Assembly (NCBI GenBank): GCA_022574205.1
Contig: JACZSL010000001.1
Span: 5,447-69,446, forward strand
Direction of reading: 5' to 3'
From: Patescibacteria group bacterium
Lineage (GTDB): Bacteria > Patescibacteriota > Minisyncoccia > Phycocordibacterales > JACZSL01
DNA: 64,000 bases
The number at the start of each line of letters is the position of its first letter. The stretch's first letter is position 1. The translations under genes were made by a program, and so were the position numbers. Under the pieces are notes generated by a model. The model worked only from the letters and a program-made list of their open reading frames with translations, made no database searches and had not been told where the DNA came from. Below, piece after piece: positions 37,785 to 47,866 of the stretch.

Positions 37785-38225
37785 TTAACGCATAGCTATG
37801 AGGTTTTTGCTGCTCCAACAATCCGAAGACGAAAGCCACGGGGCTGTTCCCTCTTTCTCATAGAGGTGGCGAGCATATTCTAGATTTCCAGTTAGCGTAT
37901 AAATATCGTGGCTTAGTCGGCGAGATATCTCTAGATGATAATATTCATTGATTTGCATCACGCCTATGTCGAGATAGTTTTCTTTTCCCCTCAGTGTGTC
38001 ACCGCTTTCGTTGAACTGTCGAAATGTGGATTCACAAAAAGCAATATCTGCCATAATAGGAATGTCGTTAAAATATTCAGTCACATACTCTTCTACTGTG
38101 GGTGGTGCTCCGAACAAGCTATACGTCTCCCCCACCCCAATCGACATTGATGGTGAGATAGAAGCGAATACAAATGATAGAGCAACTGCAATTTGATATA
38201 TAATAAGTTTTTTATTATCCAACAA
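37785..38225 (-). CDS. secreted transglycosylase SLT-domain-like protein
   Basis: Signal peptide. Motifs CESTFRQFN (catalytic E) and DIGVMQIN. Confidence 0.5.
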   Translation of the reverse strand: MLDNKKLIIYQIAVALSFVFASISPSMSIGVGETYSLFGAPPTVEEYVTEYFNDIPIMADIAFCESTFRQFNESGDTLRGKENYLDIGVMQINEYYHLEISRRLSHDIYTLTGNLEYARHLYEKEGTAPWLSSSDCWSSKNLIAMR

Positions 38226-38355
38226 AAAATCCGGTAGTCGTCTACGTCTAACCGGAATGTCGCTATCATAGCCCTGACAAACTCTTTGTCAAGCACGAGA
38301 AATCAGGGAAAGAGCCTAAGCTCTAAAATATGGCTCAAAATAAGAGTTATGTAGA

Positions 38356-38865
38356 TTATCTACGCCTTTTTGTGACTTTTTTTCTAACTACTGACTTTTT
38401 TCTCGAAACTGTCTTTCTTTTAGTCGTTTTTTTAGGAGCTGTTGCCCTATGGATCTTTCTCTTCCCTTTTGCAATTATTTTCCTGCCTTTTACCACCGCT
38501 CTTTTACCTGAAGTTTTTCCATTTTCAAACTCTCGCTCAACATGCTTCCACTGCGCCTTCAAGTCTCGCTTTAGTTTTGCAATGTCCTTATTGTCGATTG
38601 AACGCACTTTTCTATACTTTGCCTCCATTTGTTTCAAAAGAGCTTCATATGTTTTTCTATCAATCTCTTTTAGTCTCTCTGCTTTTTCCATAACTTCACC
38701 ACTAGCCTTAAGCATCCACCCTCGAAGTTGTTTTCGATGTCGTACTCCCTTTGGACCGTAGAGATAGTAAGCCCCGGCACTTGCCGCAGCCGCTGCCCCA
38801 GCAAACACAGCATCTAGTCCGAGACCACCTTTTGAATTCTTTCCCTTTTTTCTTTTAGCTACCAT
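38356..38865 (-). CDS. highly basic Lys/Arg-rich protein (YtxH-like N-terminus)
   Basis: N-terminus GLGLDAVFAGAAAAASAGAYY, then a long K/R-rich tail. Confidence 0.4.
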   Translation of the reverse strand: MVAKRKKGKNSKGGLGLDAVFAGAAAAASAGAYYLYGPKGVRHRKQLRGWMLKASGEVMEKAERLKEIDRKTYEALLKQMEAKYRKVRSIDNKDIAKLKRDLKAQWKHVEREFENGKTSGKRAVVKGRKIIAKGKRKIHRATAPKKTTKRKTVSRKKSVVRKKVTKRRR

Positions 38866-38866
38866 A

Positions 38867-39172
38867 TTATTTTGTTTTACGTTTTTTCACCTTGTGTTTT
38901 TTCCCTGTCTGCGTGCGATCACGCACAGGCAGGGGTGAAGCCTTTTTTATAATCTTTCTAATTTTTCTACCTCCTTTTTCCAAACCACGTCGTAATTTGC
39001 TTATATCTTTCACAATTTCCTCACCCTCCTCTTCTATTGCTTCTGAGAGCGAGAAGATGTTTCTTAGAATTCGAACTATATAGTAAAGGGCAGCAAGAAC
39101 GACAATGGTTAAAAGTACTACGGCCGCCCCAGTTATGAAAAAGAATATGTCAGACTTTACTAACTCCTCCAT
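38867..39172 (-). CDS. small membrane protein with basic tail
   Basis: One TM followed by a Lys-rich C-terminus. Tightly spaced with the downstream gene. Confidence 0.35.
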   Translation of the reverse strand: MEELVKSDIFFFITGAAVVLLTIVVLAALYYIVRILRNIFSLSEAIEEEGEEIVKDISKLRRGLEKGGRKIRKIIKKASPLPVRDRTQTGKKHKVKKRKTK

Positions 39173-39362
39173 CCCATTAGAACATTATTATTTTAATATT
39201 TGTGCGTAGTAATATGTTCACTTTCCTATCGTTACATATGTACATAATCTCGAATATCCATAATGTCTAACGGGACAAGCCCTATCAGAGAATTATCATC
39301 ACTTTCAACTTTATAACTTTCTACTTCCCACTCGCTCTAGTATACAACACCTTTGTGTTGCG

Positions 39363-40340
39363 CTACAAGGTTTTTAGGAAGTTTTCTGTGACTTTCTCAA
39401 CCTCATCTGCCGTATTTTTCTGCATAAGCTCTCCTCTCAATTCACGTGCGCCTGGAAAATCATTTACATACGCCTTATAGTGCTTCTTCATAATTGCAAA
39501 GTTTTTTTGAGGCAATAATTCTACAAAAAGTCTTGTGTGCTTTAGCATTGTCTCCAGTTTTTCCCTGACATCTGCGGTATGCACAGGATCGCAAAATAGC
39601 CATGGATTTCCGAAAATTGCCTTCCCGAGCATTATGCCGTCTGCGCCAGTTTCATATATCTTTTGTTTTGCCTCTCCAATACTCATTACATCACCGTTTC
39701 CTACAATTAAGGTTTTGCTGTTCATTTTGTCTCGTATCTTAACTGCACGAGATATTGCGTCCCAATGTACGGGTACTTTTGACATTTCGCGCCGCGTGCG
39801 GGCGTGAATGGATATTGCTGAAGGTTTAGCAGACAGCAAGACCGGAAGCCATGTATCTAGTTCGTCTTCGTTATATCCAATGCGTGTCTTAATTGAGACA
39901 GGAATTTGTCTATCAGCGGATTCAGCTCCGGTTTTTGCTGCGGCTATAATTTCTTTTGCTAAAGTAGGATTTTTTATTAAAGCCGCACATGCGCCTTGTT
40001 TTTCTATATTCCGATCAGGGCATCCCATATTTATATCAACTCCATCAAAGCCCATATCTAGCGCTAAACGTGCTGCTTTTTCCATTAGCCCTGGCTTTGA
40101 TGTAAAAAATTGAGCAACAATCGGCTTTTCTTCTCTACTATAGATTAAATCCTGCATTAGAAGATTTCGTGCGTGTTCCCCACCAAGAAATAGCCCGTCT
40201 GCTGATACAAACTCTGTAAACATAACGTTGGGTTTTCCAAGGCTAGATATTAACTTTCGAAAAGCAGCATCTGTGACATTAGCCAATGGTGCTAGCACAA
40301 AAAACGGCTCTGCAAGTTGTTCCCAAAATCCTTTGTTCAT
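39363..40340 (-). CDS. dus: tRNA-dihydrouridine synthase
   Basis: N-terminus PFFVLAPLANVTDAAFRKL; TIM-barrel FMN motifs. Confidence 0.8.
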   Translation of the reverse strand: MNKGFWEQLAEPFFVLAPLANVTDAAFRKLISSLGKPNVMFTEFVSADGLFLGGEHARNLLMQDLIYSREEKPIVAQFFTSKPGLMEKAARLALDMGFDGVDINMGCPDRNIEKQGACAALIKNPTLAKEIIAAAKTGAESADRQIPVSIKTRIGYNEDELDTWLPVLLSAKPSAISIHARTRREMSKVPVHWDAISRAVKIRDKMNSKTLIVGNGDVMSIGEAKQKIYETGADGIMLGKAIFGNPWLFCDPVHTADVREKLETMLKHTRLFVELLPQKNFAIMKKHYKAYVNDFPGARELRGELMQKNTADEVEKVTENFLKTL

Positions 40341-40401
40341 TAAAAATTAGCAGTCAATTACTCTTACCTGCCTACTGGCAGTCTGATACTTTCTCTTTTA
40401 T

Positions 40402-41244
40402 TTACTTGGTCTTGTAGAATACCTTATTTCCGTAGCGTAAATCAATATATTCGACATTCTTTATACCCTGCTCTAGAAAAATGCTGGATAGAAGTATTGA
40501 TCTGAAATTCTCGAGAATCGTGTTTAGATTTTGGTCCGTTCTAAAGAGTAGTACGGCTCCACTTTCAAATTTAAGATGGAGGTCCGAATCTTCATCTCTA
40601 ACGAGAGCAACTGGGTTTACCTTAAGGTCACGGAGCGCCTCCAAGAAAAGATTATAACCGAGAAATTGGGCGGCGGGAAGATACTGCATTCCAAGCGGGT
40701 CTGTTACGATAAAAGTGTCATGAAGTGGTCCGTAATAGCGAAAGAATATGTCGCCAGAAAAATTTGGTGATTGTGCAAAAATATATCCTCTGTTGTCAAG
40801 ATAAAAACACTTGGAACCTTCTTTTGCCGCCAGCTTATCGGTTGCACCGCACCAAAGACCAAACGGAACCCTCTCCTTTACTTCAACTGTGATGGTGTGA
40901 AAGTCGACAAATGAGACTGAGACTCCTTTAATTCTCGGAAACTGCTCCGTCAGGAGTAAACTCATGCTACGTCTGGGATAGAGAAAGATATTTGAGCGCG
41001 GAACGAGGAACATATATGTACCGTCGAGCTCTGTATCAATAATATCTCGCAATGACTTGCTCGTTGTAATGGCGTTTCCAGAAATTTCCACCGCATCGAT
41101 ATTGATTTGTGGCAGTCGAACTAACCACGTGGAAACTGCAATAAATGAAATTGAAATAACTAACGTTAGTAAAGCTTTGACTGTTAAAATTTTTTTCTTA
41201 CGTTTTCCCAGACGCGCGCGGCCTCTTCGGCTTCTCAGGATCAT
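40402..41244 (-). CDS. cell division protein FtsQ-like (POTRA)
   Basis: Single N-terminal TM, POTRA-like region, and dcw context. Confidence 0.55.
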   Translation of the reverse strand: MILRSRRGRARLGKRKKKILTVKALLTLVISISFIAVSTWLVRLPQINIDAVEISGNAITTSKSLRDIIDTELDGTYMFLVPRSNIFLYPRRSMSLLLTEQFPRIKGVSVSFVDFHTITVEVKERVPFGLWCGATDKLAAKEGSKCFYLDNRGYIFAQSPNFSGDIFFRYYGPLHDTFIVTDPLGMQYLPAAQFLGYNLFLEALRDLKVNPVALVRDEDSDLHLKFESGAVLLFRTDQNLNTILENFRSILLSSIFLEQGIKNVEYIDLRYGNKVFYKTK

Positions 41245-41248
41245 AGTT

Positions 41249-42508
41249 TTATTCTATTGTTTTTTTTCCAAAGTAGGGTTGGAGAACTTTTGGTATCACT
41301 ATTGAACCGTTAGCCTTCTGGTTGTTCTCAATTAGCGCCACTAGAACACGTGGTGTAGCTATTGCTGTCGCGTTTAAGGAGTGTACATATTTATTTACGC
41401 CCTCTTCAGCATAGCGAATATTGAAACGGCGTGCTTGGAAATCATGATAGTAAGAAGCGCTGCCAATTTCCCTATACTTCCCCTCCGATGGTACCCAGAG
41501 TTCGGTGTCGTATGACCGAACGTGAGCACTTTTCAAGTCACCGGTGCAAATCTCTAGCTGTCTATATGGAAGTTCTAAGGATTCAATAAATTCCTCTGTA
41601 TTTCTATTTATCTCTTCGTGTAGGCGCTCGCTCTCCTCATGACTAGCCTCACACAGTATGAGTTGCTCCAGTTTGTAAAATTCATGAACTCGAACGAGAC
41701 CTTTTGTATCCTTTCCGTGGCTTCCTGCTTCGCGTCGGAAGCAAGGAGAAAACGCCAGGTATCGTAACGGTAGAGTTTCTTTTTTTAGAATTTCGTCGGC
41801 GTGATATGCCATCATTGGCACTTCTGCTGTACCAGAGAGATAATCTTCGTTTTGTGTTTTAAAGAGGTCGTTGGCGTCTCCGGGAAGGTGTCCTGTTCCG
41901 TAGAAGTATTCTTTCTTAACAATAGCTGGGGCAATAAATGGCATGAAATTTCTTTTATGAAAGAAATCGCGCGCATAATTTAACACTGCCCACGATAATA
42001 ATGCCCCATCATTTTTGAGAAAGTAACCACGAAAACCATGTACTTTTATTCCACGCTTAAAGTCCACCATGTCGTGCATTTCCATAAGTTCAATATGATT
42101 TTTTGGTTCGAAGTCAAATCTTGGCGATGTGCCCCACGTTTTAAGCTCAACGTTGTCGTCCTCACCGTCTCCTTCCGGAACTGACATGCTTGGCATGTTT
42201 GGCACTTTGAGCATTATAGATTGCCACTCATCCATCACTTTCTTCAACTTTTTTTCGCTTTTTTGTAAATTATCTTTAATCTCCTTCATGCGAGCGATGA
42301 GTTCGGTCTTCTCATTGTCACTTATGCCCTCCGACACACGGGCTGTAGCGTTATTCTGCTCCGCGCGTTTCTCCTCCACACTCGCTAGTAACTTCCTACG
42401 TTCTACATCGACAAAAAGCAAACGATCGATGTCGATTTCAATATGTTTTTTCCTCGCTCCTTCTTTTACAAGTTTGCTATTATCCCGAATAAATGTGATG
42501 TCAAGCAT
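41249..42508 (-). CDS. serS: seryl-tRNA synthetase
   Basis: N-terminal coiled coil. Class II motifs FRRE, GTAEVP and SASYYHDFQARR. Confidence 0.9.
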   Translation of the reverse strand: MLDITFIRDNSKLVKEGARKKHIEIDIDRLLFVDVERRKLLASVEEKRAEQNNATARVSEGISDNEKTELIARMKEIKDNLQKSEKKLKKVMDEWQSIMLKVPNMPSMSVPEGDGEDDNVELKTWGTSPRFDFEPKNHIELMEMHDMVDFKRGIKVHGFRGYFLKNDGALLSWAVLNYARDFFHKRNFMPFIAPAIVKKEYFYGTGHLPGDANDLFKTQNEDYLSGTAEVPMMAYHADEILKKETLPLRYLAFSPCFRREAGSHGKDTKGLVRVHEFYKLEQLILCEASHEESERLHEEINRNTEEFIESLELPYRQLEICTGDLKSAHVRSYDTELWVPSEGKYREIGSASYYHDFQARRFNIRYAEEGVNKYVHSLNATAIATPRVLVALIENNQKANGSIVIPKVLQPYFGKKTIE

Positions 42509-42532
42509 AATTTCTTTTGATGGCCTGTCTTA

Positions 42533-43414
42533 GTGTTACAATACTACAATACCATAATGAAAGGCGGCATACGACAACTTAAGGAAAGTGATTTTCCTGA
42601 GCTTTTGAGGCAAATCCCCGACCCACCCGAGAGGCTTTTCATAGAGGGGCCTGTTCCCTCAAGCAAATCGAAGCTTCTTTGTGTAGTCGGGTCGAGGCAC
42701 TATTCCCCATATGGTAAGGATGTGTGTGAGAGATTGATCTCTGGTTTATCTGGTTATAACGTGACGATTGTTTCCGGACTTGCAATCGGTATGGATAGCA
42801 TCGCGCATCGCGCTGCCATTTCGGCGAGGCTAGATACGCTTGCAATACCTGGCTCCGGGCTTGATCCGAGTGTACTCTACCCTGCTTCTCATAGAGCATT
42901 AGCAAGGCAAATTGTTGAAAGAGGCGGAACGCTTCTCTCTGAATTTGAACCAAACACACCGGCCGCGCCATTCACATTTCCACAAAGAAACAGGATAATG
43001 GCAGGGATATCGCACGCAACTCTTGTCATTGAAGCGACTCTAAAGTCAGGGACTCTCATTACGGCAAGGCTTGCTACGGACTATAATAGAGACGTGCTTA
43101 CAGTTCCGCATCCAATTTATTCTAAGACTTCCCGTGGTCCACACATGTTGCTTCGTCTTGGGGCAACATTGATAGAAAAAAGCGAGGATATACTGGAGGC
43201 ACTCCATATTGATCTTAAAAAGAGTAGTAGTTTGAAGCGCTCTCTCCTTTCCGAAGATGAGAGGAAGGTGATAGATGCATTGTATCACCCCTTGGAGAGA
43301 GACGTGCTTGTTAAAATACTCGGCATGCCAGCACGTGAAGTCAATGTCCTCTTAACAGCAATGGAAATTAAAGGTTTAATTGCTGAACGACTTGGAGAAA
43401 TACATATACTTTAA
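42533..43414 (+). CDS. dprA: DNA processing protein DprA/Smf
   Basis: Rossmann motif VVGSRHYSPYG...IVSGLAIGMDSIAHRAA. Confidence 0.8.
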   Translation: MLQYYNTIMKGGIRQLKESDFPELLRQIPDPPERLFIEGPVPSSKSKLLCVVGSRHYSPYGKDVCERLISGLSGYNVTIVSGLAIGMDSIAHRAAISARLDTLAIPGSGLDPSVLYPASHRALARQIVERGGTLLSEFEPNTPAAPFTFPQRNRIMAGISHATLVIEATLKSGTLITARLATDYNRDVLTVPHPIYSKTSRGPHMLLRLGATLIEKSEDILEALHIDLKKSSSLKRSLLSEDERKVIDALYHPLERDVLVKILGMPAREVNVLLTAMEIKGLIAERLGEIHIL

Positions 43415-43599
43415 GATTAAAATTTGACAAAATAATGTTTTTGAGTTACTAGTATATATCAATACTTGTCGCGCCTGCCCTGTTGTGAGCTTGCTCTACT
43501 ATGGGGTTAGAAAGTACGGATATATTAATTTGTTATAAATGCAAAAAAACGGGACACACTGTGTTGTGGTATATTTTAAAAGGATAATTTTCTAATTGG

Positions 43600-45825
43600 A
43601 TGAAGTTGTTAATCGTTGAGTCGCCAGCGAAGGCGAAGACAATTGAAAAATATTTGGGTAGCGAATATCGCGTTGAGGCAAGCATTGGCCATATTCGTGA
43701 TCTCCCAAAAAGTAATAAAAAAGCCATCGACATAGATGGTGGTTTTATTCCGCATTATGAAATATCTAAAGGAAAGGAAAAAATAATAAAAACACTAAAA
43801 AGCCTATCGAGGGAGGCCGAGGAAGTTGTGCTTGCTACTGACCATGACCGCGAAGGTGAGGCGATTGCGTGGCACCTTAAAGAGGTACTTGGTTTAAAGA
43901 ATCCAAAACGCATTGTCTTCAACGAAATCACAAAAGATGCAGTAAGAAATGCTATGGAGAATCCTAGAGAAATTGACGACTCCCTACGAGAAGCGCAAGA
44001 AGCAAGACGTGTACTCGATCGAATTGTCGGATATGAGCTGTCAGGATTGATTTGGAAAAAACTTCGATATGGGTTAAGCGCCGGTCGTGTGCAGAGTCCC
44101 GCACTTCGAATCATTATGGAGCGTGAACGTGAAATACGTAAATTTATTCCAGAAGACTTTTGGGTTGTCACAGCGCTTGTAGAAAATAGGAGAGGGGTGT
44201 CGTTTGAACTTGTTTGTAAAGAAGAGCCGCGCGATGAAAAAAGGATGGAATATATTCTTAAAATTGGTAAACAAGCAGATTGGCTAATAAAAAACACGAA
44301 AGAAAGTGAGGTGAAACGTGCACCGAGAGCTCCATTTATTACTTCGACACTTCAGCAGGTCGCAAGTTCCAGACTGGGCTACTCTCCCTCGAACACCATG
44401 CGTATTGCCCAGAGGCTGTATGAGGCTGGGCATATTACATATATGCGTACTGACAGTACTATTTTAAGTGCCACTGCAAAGACTCAAATCTCTGAGGTTA
44501 TTTTAAAAAAGTACGGCAAGGAGTACTTGGAGTCTCGTGTATATTCCGGAAAGAGCAAGTCAGCACAGGAAGCACACGAGGCTATCAGGCCTACAAATGC
44601 CGCTATAGTTTCAGCCGGTACCTCTCCTGATCAGAAAAAATTATACGACTTAATCTGGGCACGAACAACGGCTAGCCAAATGTCTTCTGCAACTATTGTA
44701 AAAACAAAAATTGTTGTGGAGGTGAAGAGTACCGACATTCCTGATTTTTCTATTAGTGGTTCTCGAGTTAAGTTTTCCGGTTGGCTAAAGGCTGATGTGT
44801 TAGCGCGCAGTGAAGATGTTGAACTTCCTAAAGTAAAAGCAGGTGAAATTCTTGAGTTAAAGAACCTCGACTCTCTCGCGAAGCAAACTCAACCGCTTCC
44901 TCGCTATAGCGAGGCCGGACTTGTTAAAGAATTGGAAAAGCGTGGTATAGGACGCCCAAGTACGTACGCTAGCACAATGAAGACACTTGTTGATCGAGGG
45001 TATGTCGAGAAACGTGGAAAGACGCTCTTTCCAACTGACACAGGGGATGCTGTTAGTAGTTTTCTCGAAAAATATTTTGAAAACTATATAAGTGATTCGT
45101 TTACTTCAAAGATGGAAAGTGAGCTGGACGAGATTGCTGCGGGAAAACGAAAGTATGTTGATACACTAGCTGATTTTTATAAGCCATTCCTAGCAGAGGT
45201 GAAGAATAAAGAGAACGTTGAGAAAATCACTAATCTTGGTGATGCGCCAAAAGAATTTGTTTGTCCAACTTGTAAAAGTTCTATGATTTACAAATTGAGT
45301 AGATCCGGGAAGTTTATGAGCTGTTCAAAATTCCCCGACTGTACTGGCGCACGAACGGTTGAGGGTGTTGCGCTCGAGGGCCCCAAAGAGACTGGGGAAA
45401 GTTGCCCTGACTGCACAAAGGGTAAGCTTATGGAACGTGACGGTAGATTTGGACGTTTTGTTGCATGTGATAAGTACCCGAAATGCCGGTACGTAAAACA
45501 AAGCGAGGAGGCAGTCAAACGCGCCTCAACCGGAATTAAGTGTCCAGTGTGTAAAGTCGGCCTGCCTGCGCCAAGTGAAGCGCGGCAGGCAGGTGAGATG
45601 ATTGAGCGACGAGGTCGCTTTGGTGTTTTCTATAGTTGTTCGAGTTATCCTAAATGTAAGTATGCTATAAAAGCAAAGCCAACTGGTGCTGTGTGCGAAT
45701 ATGATCGTGAAGATAAGGGGGTGTGTAATGCTCTCATGATGGAAGGCACAAAAACAATACCGGAGCGCTGTAGCGATAAAACATGCCCTAATCATAATCC
45801 TCATAAACTCACAAAGGTAGAATAA
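43600..45825 (+). CDS. topA: DNA topoisomerase I with C-terminal zinc ribbons
   Basis: TOPRIM domain MKLLIVESPAKAKTIEKYLG. The active-site Tyr region and four C4 Zn fingers are present. Confidence 0.9.
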   Translation: MKLLIVESPAKAKTIEKYLGSEYRVEASIGHIRDLPKSNKKAIDIDGGFIPHYEISKGKEKIIKTLKSLSREAEEVVLATDHDREGEAIAWHLKEVLGLKNPKRIVFNEITKDAVRNAMENPREIDDSLREAQEARRVLDRIVGYELSGLIWKKLRYGLSAGRVQSPALRIIMEREREIRKFIPEDFWVVTALVENRRGVSFELVCKEEPRDEKRMEYILKIGKQADWLIKNTKESEVKRAPRAPFITSTLQQVASSRLGYSPSNTMRIAQRLYEAGHITYMRTDSTILSATAKTQISEVILKKYGKEYLESRVYSGKSKSAQEAHEAIRPTNAAIVSAGTSPDQKKLYDLIWARTTASQMSSATIVKTKIVVEVKSTDIPDFSISGSRVKFSGWLKADVLARSEDVELPKVKAGEILELKNLDSLAKQTQPLPRYSEAGLVKELEKRGIGRPSTYASTMKTLVDRGYVEKRGKTLFPTDTGDAVSSFLEKYFENYISDSFTSKMESELDEIAAGKRKYVDTLADFYKPFLAEVKNKENVEKITNLGDAPKEFVCPTCKSSMIYKLSRSGKFMSCSKFPDCTGARTVEGVALEGPKETGESCPDCTKGKLMERDGRFGRFVACDKYPKCRYVKQSEEAVKRASTGIKCPVCKVGLPAPSEARQAGEMIERRGRFGVFYSCSSYPKCKYAIKAKPTGAVCEYDREDKGVCNALMMEGTKTIPERCSDKTCPNHNPHKLTKVE
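45766..45816 (+). repeat. topA 3'-end segment (copy 1, native, encodes ..CSDKTCPNHNPHKLTK)
   Basis: Reference copy for the two downstream diverged copies. Confidence 0.75.
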
Positions 45826-45983
45826 ATGCATGCAACCTACGTTGCATGCATTATTGTTTTTGTGGGGCGGAGCGATGTTTCGCGACTAGCGAAACCGCGA
45901 GCCGGGGTCGACGAGCACTTAGTAGATTGCGAGCACTTGGAGCAATATACTTGAGTTGCTTGTGACCAAAAACTATTCCTGAA

Positions 45984-46035
45984 CGTTGTAGTGACAAAAC
46001 GTGTCCGAACCATAACCCGCATAAGTTAGATAAAG
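45984..46035 (+). repeat. diverged copy 2 of topA 3' end (would encode ..CSDKTCPNHNPHKLDK)
   Basis: About 75% identical to copy 1 at DNA level, with same-frame conservation of the peptide. Confidence 0.75.
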
Positions 46036-46185
46036 TAGTAAAGAAAAAAGTGCAAAATAATGTTGTAGTCTTCGTTTGTTATTATCTCTTATAATATTTT
46101 TCTCAAATTCATAAGTTTAGATTATTTTCTAAACTAGATTTTAAGTTCTTTGTAATCATCAGTTGTAAATTCAGGAAAGGTACTT

Positions 46186-47085
46186 GTGGTAAAAGCATAT
46201 ACATATACAATTAGGCAAATTATGAAAATTGTATACACTATAGCAATTATTGGCAGTGGCGTGATTGGTGGTGCAACAGGAACTGGATTTGCATCACTTG
46301 GAAATATCGTAATATTCATAGATAATAATCCAGACACGCTTGCTAGACTTACCCGCAATGGACACACTACTAGTAGCATTAATGAATTGCCTCAACACAA
46401 TCCAAATATCATATTCATGTGCTTGCCAATACCAACCACCTATAAAGGTGTTGACTTGTCGGCACTCGAGAACACCCTTTGCAGTGTAGCTGAATACCTT
46501 GCGACTACTGAAACTGATTATCCAATAATCGTTTTACGAAGCACTGCTCCAATTGGCACAACACACTCTGCAATAAGATTACTTGAAAAGTACAGTGGTA
46601 AAAAATGTGGACAAAACTTTGGTGTATGTGTAAATCCTGAATACCTACGTGAGCGATATGCGGAGGACGATTTTCTTAATCCACACGTTGTAATTATTGG
46701 CTCAGAAGACACAAAGGCAACTAAGCGCCTCACTGAACTCTATATAACAATTACCGACAACATAGCAGTTATTGGTATTAGAGAAGCCGAACAACATAAG
46801 TACATCCATAATCTTTATAATGCGTGTAAAATTTCATTCTTTAATGAACATAGATATGTGTGTAACGTACTCGGTATTGATGCCGATACCGTATTTCCCC
46901 TAGTCGTAGAAAGCTCCGAGGCGTCATGGAACCCTATATATGGAACTAAAGATATGGGTGCGTTTTGTGGCAGTTGTTTACCAAAAGATACAAAAGGTTT
47001 CTTGAAGTTTGCGAAGCAACATGCATTATCTATGCCTCTGCTTGAAGCAATTATTGTTGTCAATGAACGAACTAAATCTGTTTAA
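46186..47085 (+). CDS. UDP-glucose/GDP-mannose dehydrogenase-family protein, short (lacks C-terminal domain); start may be 46222
   Basis: NAD-binding motif IGSGVIGG and catalytic-Cys motif GAFCGSCLPKD. The protein ends after the central domain. Confidence 0.55.
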   Translation: MVKAYTYTIRQIMKIVYTIAIIGSGVIGGATGTGFASLGNIVIFIDNNPDTLARLTRNGHTTSSINELPQHNPNIIFMCLPIPTTYKGVDLSALENTLCSVAEYLATTETDYPIIVLRSTAPIGTTHSAIRLLEKYSGKKCGQNFGVCVNPEYLRERYAEDDFLNPHVVIIGSEDTKATKRLTELYITITDNIAVIGIREAEQHKYIHNLYNACKISFFNEHRYVCNVLGIDADTVFPLVVESSEASWNPIYGTKDMGAFCGSCLPKDTKGFLKFAKQHALSMPLLEAIIVVNERTKSV

Positions 47086-47256
47086 ACCTCTTTCTTCCAT
47101 TATTTTCTCCTAAACGTGCGAATAGTCAAATTTTGTCTACAACTTTTTGAAAATCTAAAAATAACGCGTCAAATCTTATAATTTTAAACAAGGTGAAAAG
47201 TAAATATTTATATCTTTACAATAATTTGAGTAAATAAATTATATGTTTTACATATT

Positions 47257-47817
47257 CTATAAGAAGTCTTTAGTAAAAAGCACATTCTTATATTGTAAAA
47301 CATCAATCCAGTTGTTATGAAAACACAAATGTATGACACCTGTGTTTTGCAGACCATAAATTGTGTTAAAGTGTTTAAATACCTCCTCGTTTGGACTAGT
47401 ACCATGTAGGGCAATCCAAAGCATTTGTTTAATAAATGCGGCATGACTACACACAAGTATGCACTGGGAATTGATCACTGCTATAAAACGAAGTGCGTCG
47501 TGTGCGCGCCGCTTAAATACACTATAGGACTCTAATGGACTAAGTTCACGCTCATTAAACATGGTATTTGGAACATTTTTTACTCCACATATTTCCCCTA
47601 TAATTGTAGCGGTTTCTATTGATCGTACCAGCGCGCTAGACATAATACAATCTATTTTTTCTATACCAACAAAAGCCCGTGCTGCCTGCTGAACCTGCCG
47701 CACACCATTTATACTTAATGATTCACTTGTACTTGGTTCTGCATTACGAATGTTACTGAATGTCTCGCCATGCCTCATAAGATACACGTGTTTATACTTA
47801 TGCTTTGACGTATACAT
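47257..47817 (-). CDS. histidine phosphatase (phosphoglycerate mutase family)
   Basis: Motif LMRHGETFSN (RHG). Confidence 0.7.
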   Translation of the reverse strand: MYTSKHKYKHVYLMRHGETFSNIRNAEPSTSESLSINGVRQVQQAARAFVGIEKIDCIMSSALVRSIETATIIGEICGVKNVPNTMFNERELSPLESYSVFKRRAHDALRFIAVINSQCILVCSHAAFIKQMLWIALHGTSPNEEVFKHFNTIYGLQNTGVIHLCFHNNWIDVLQYKNVLFTKDFL

Positions 47818-47866
47818 ACATGTATATTAACATGCTGATCATCTTATACTCATATGTGATATAAAT

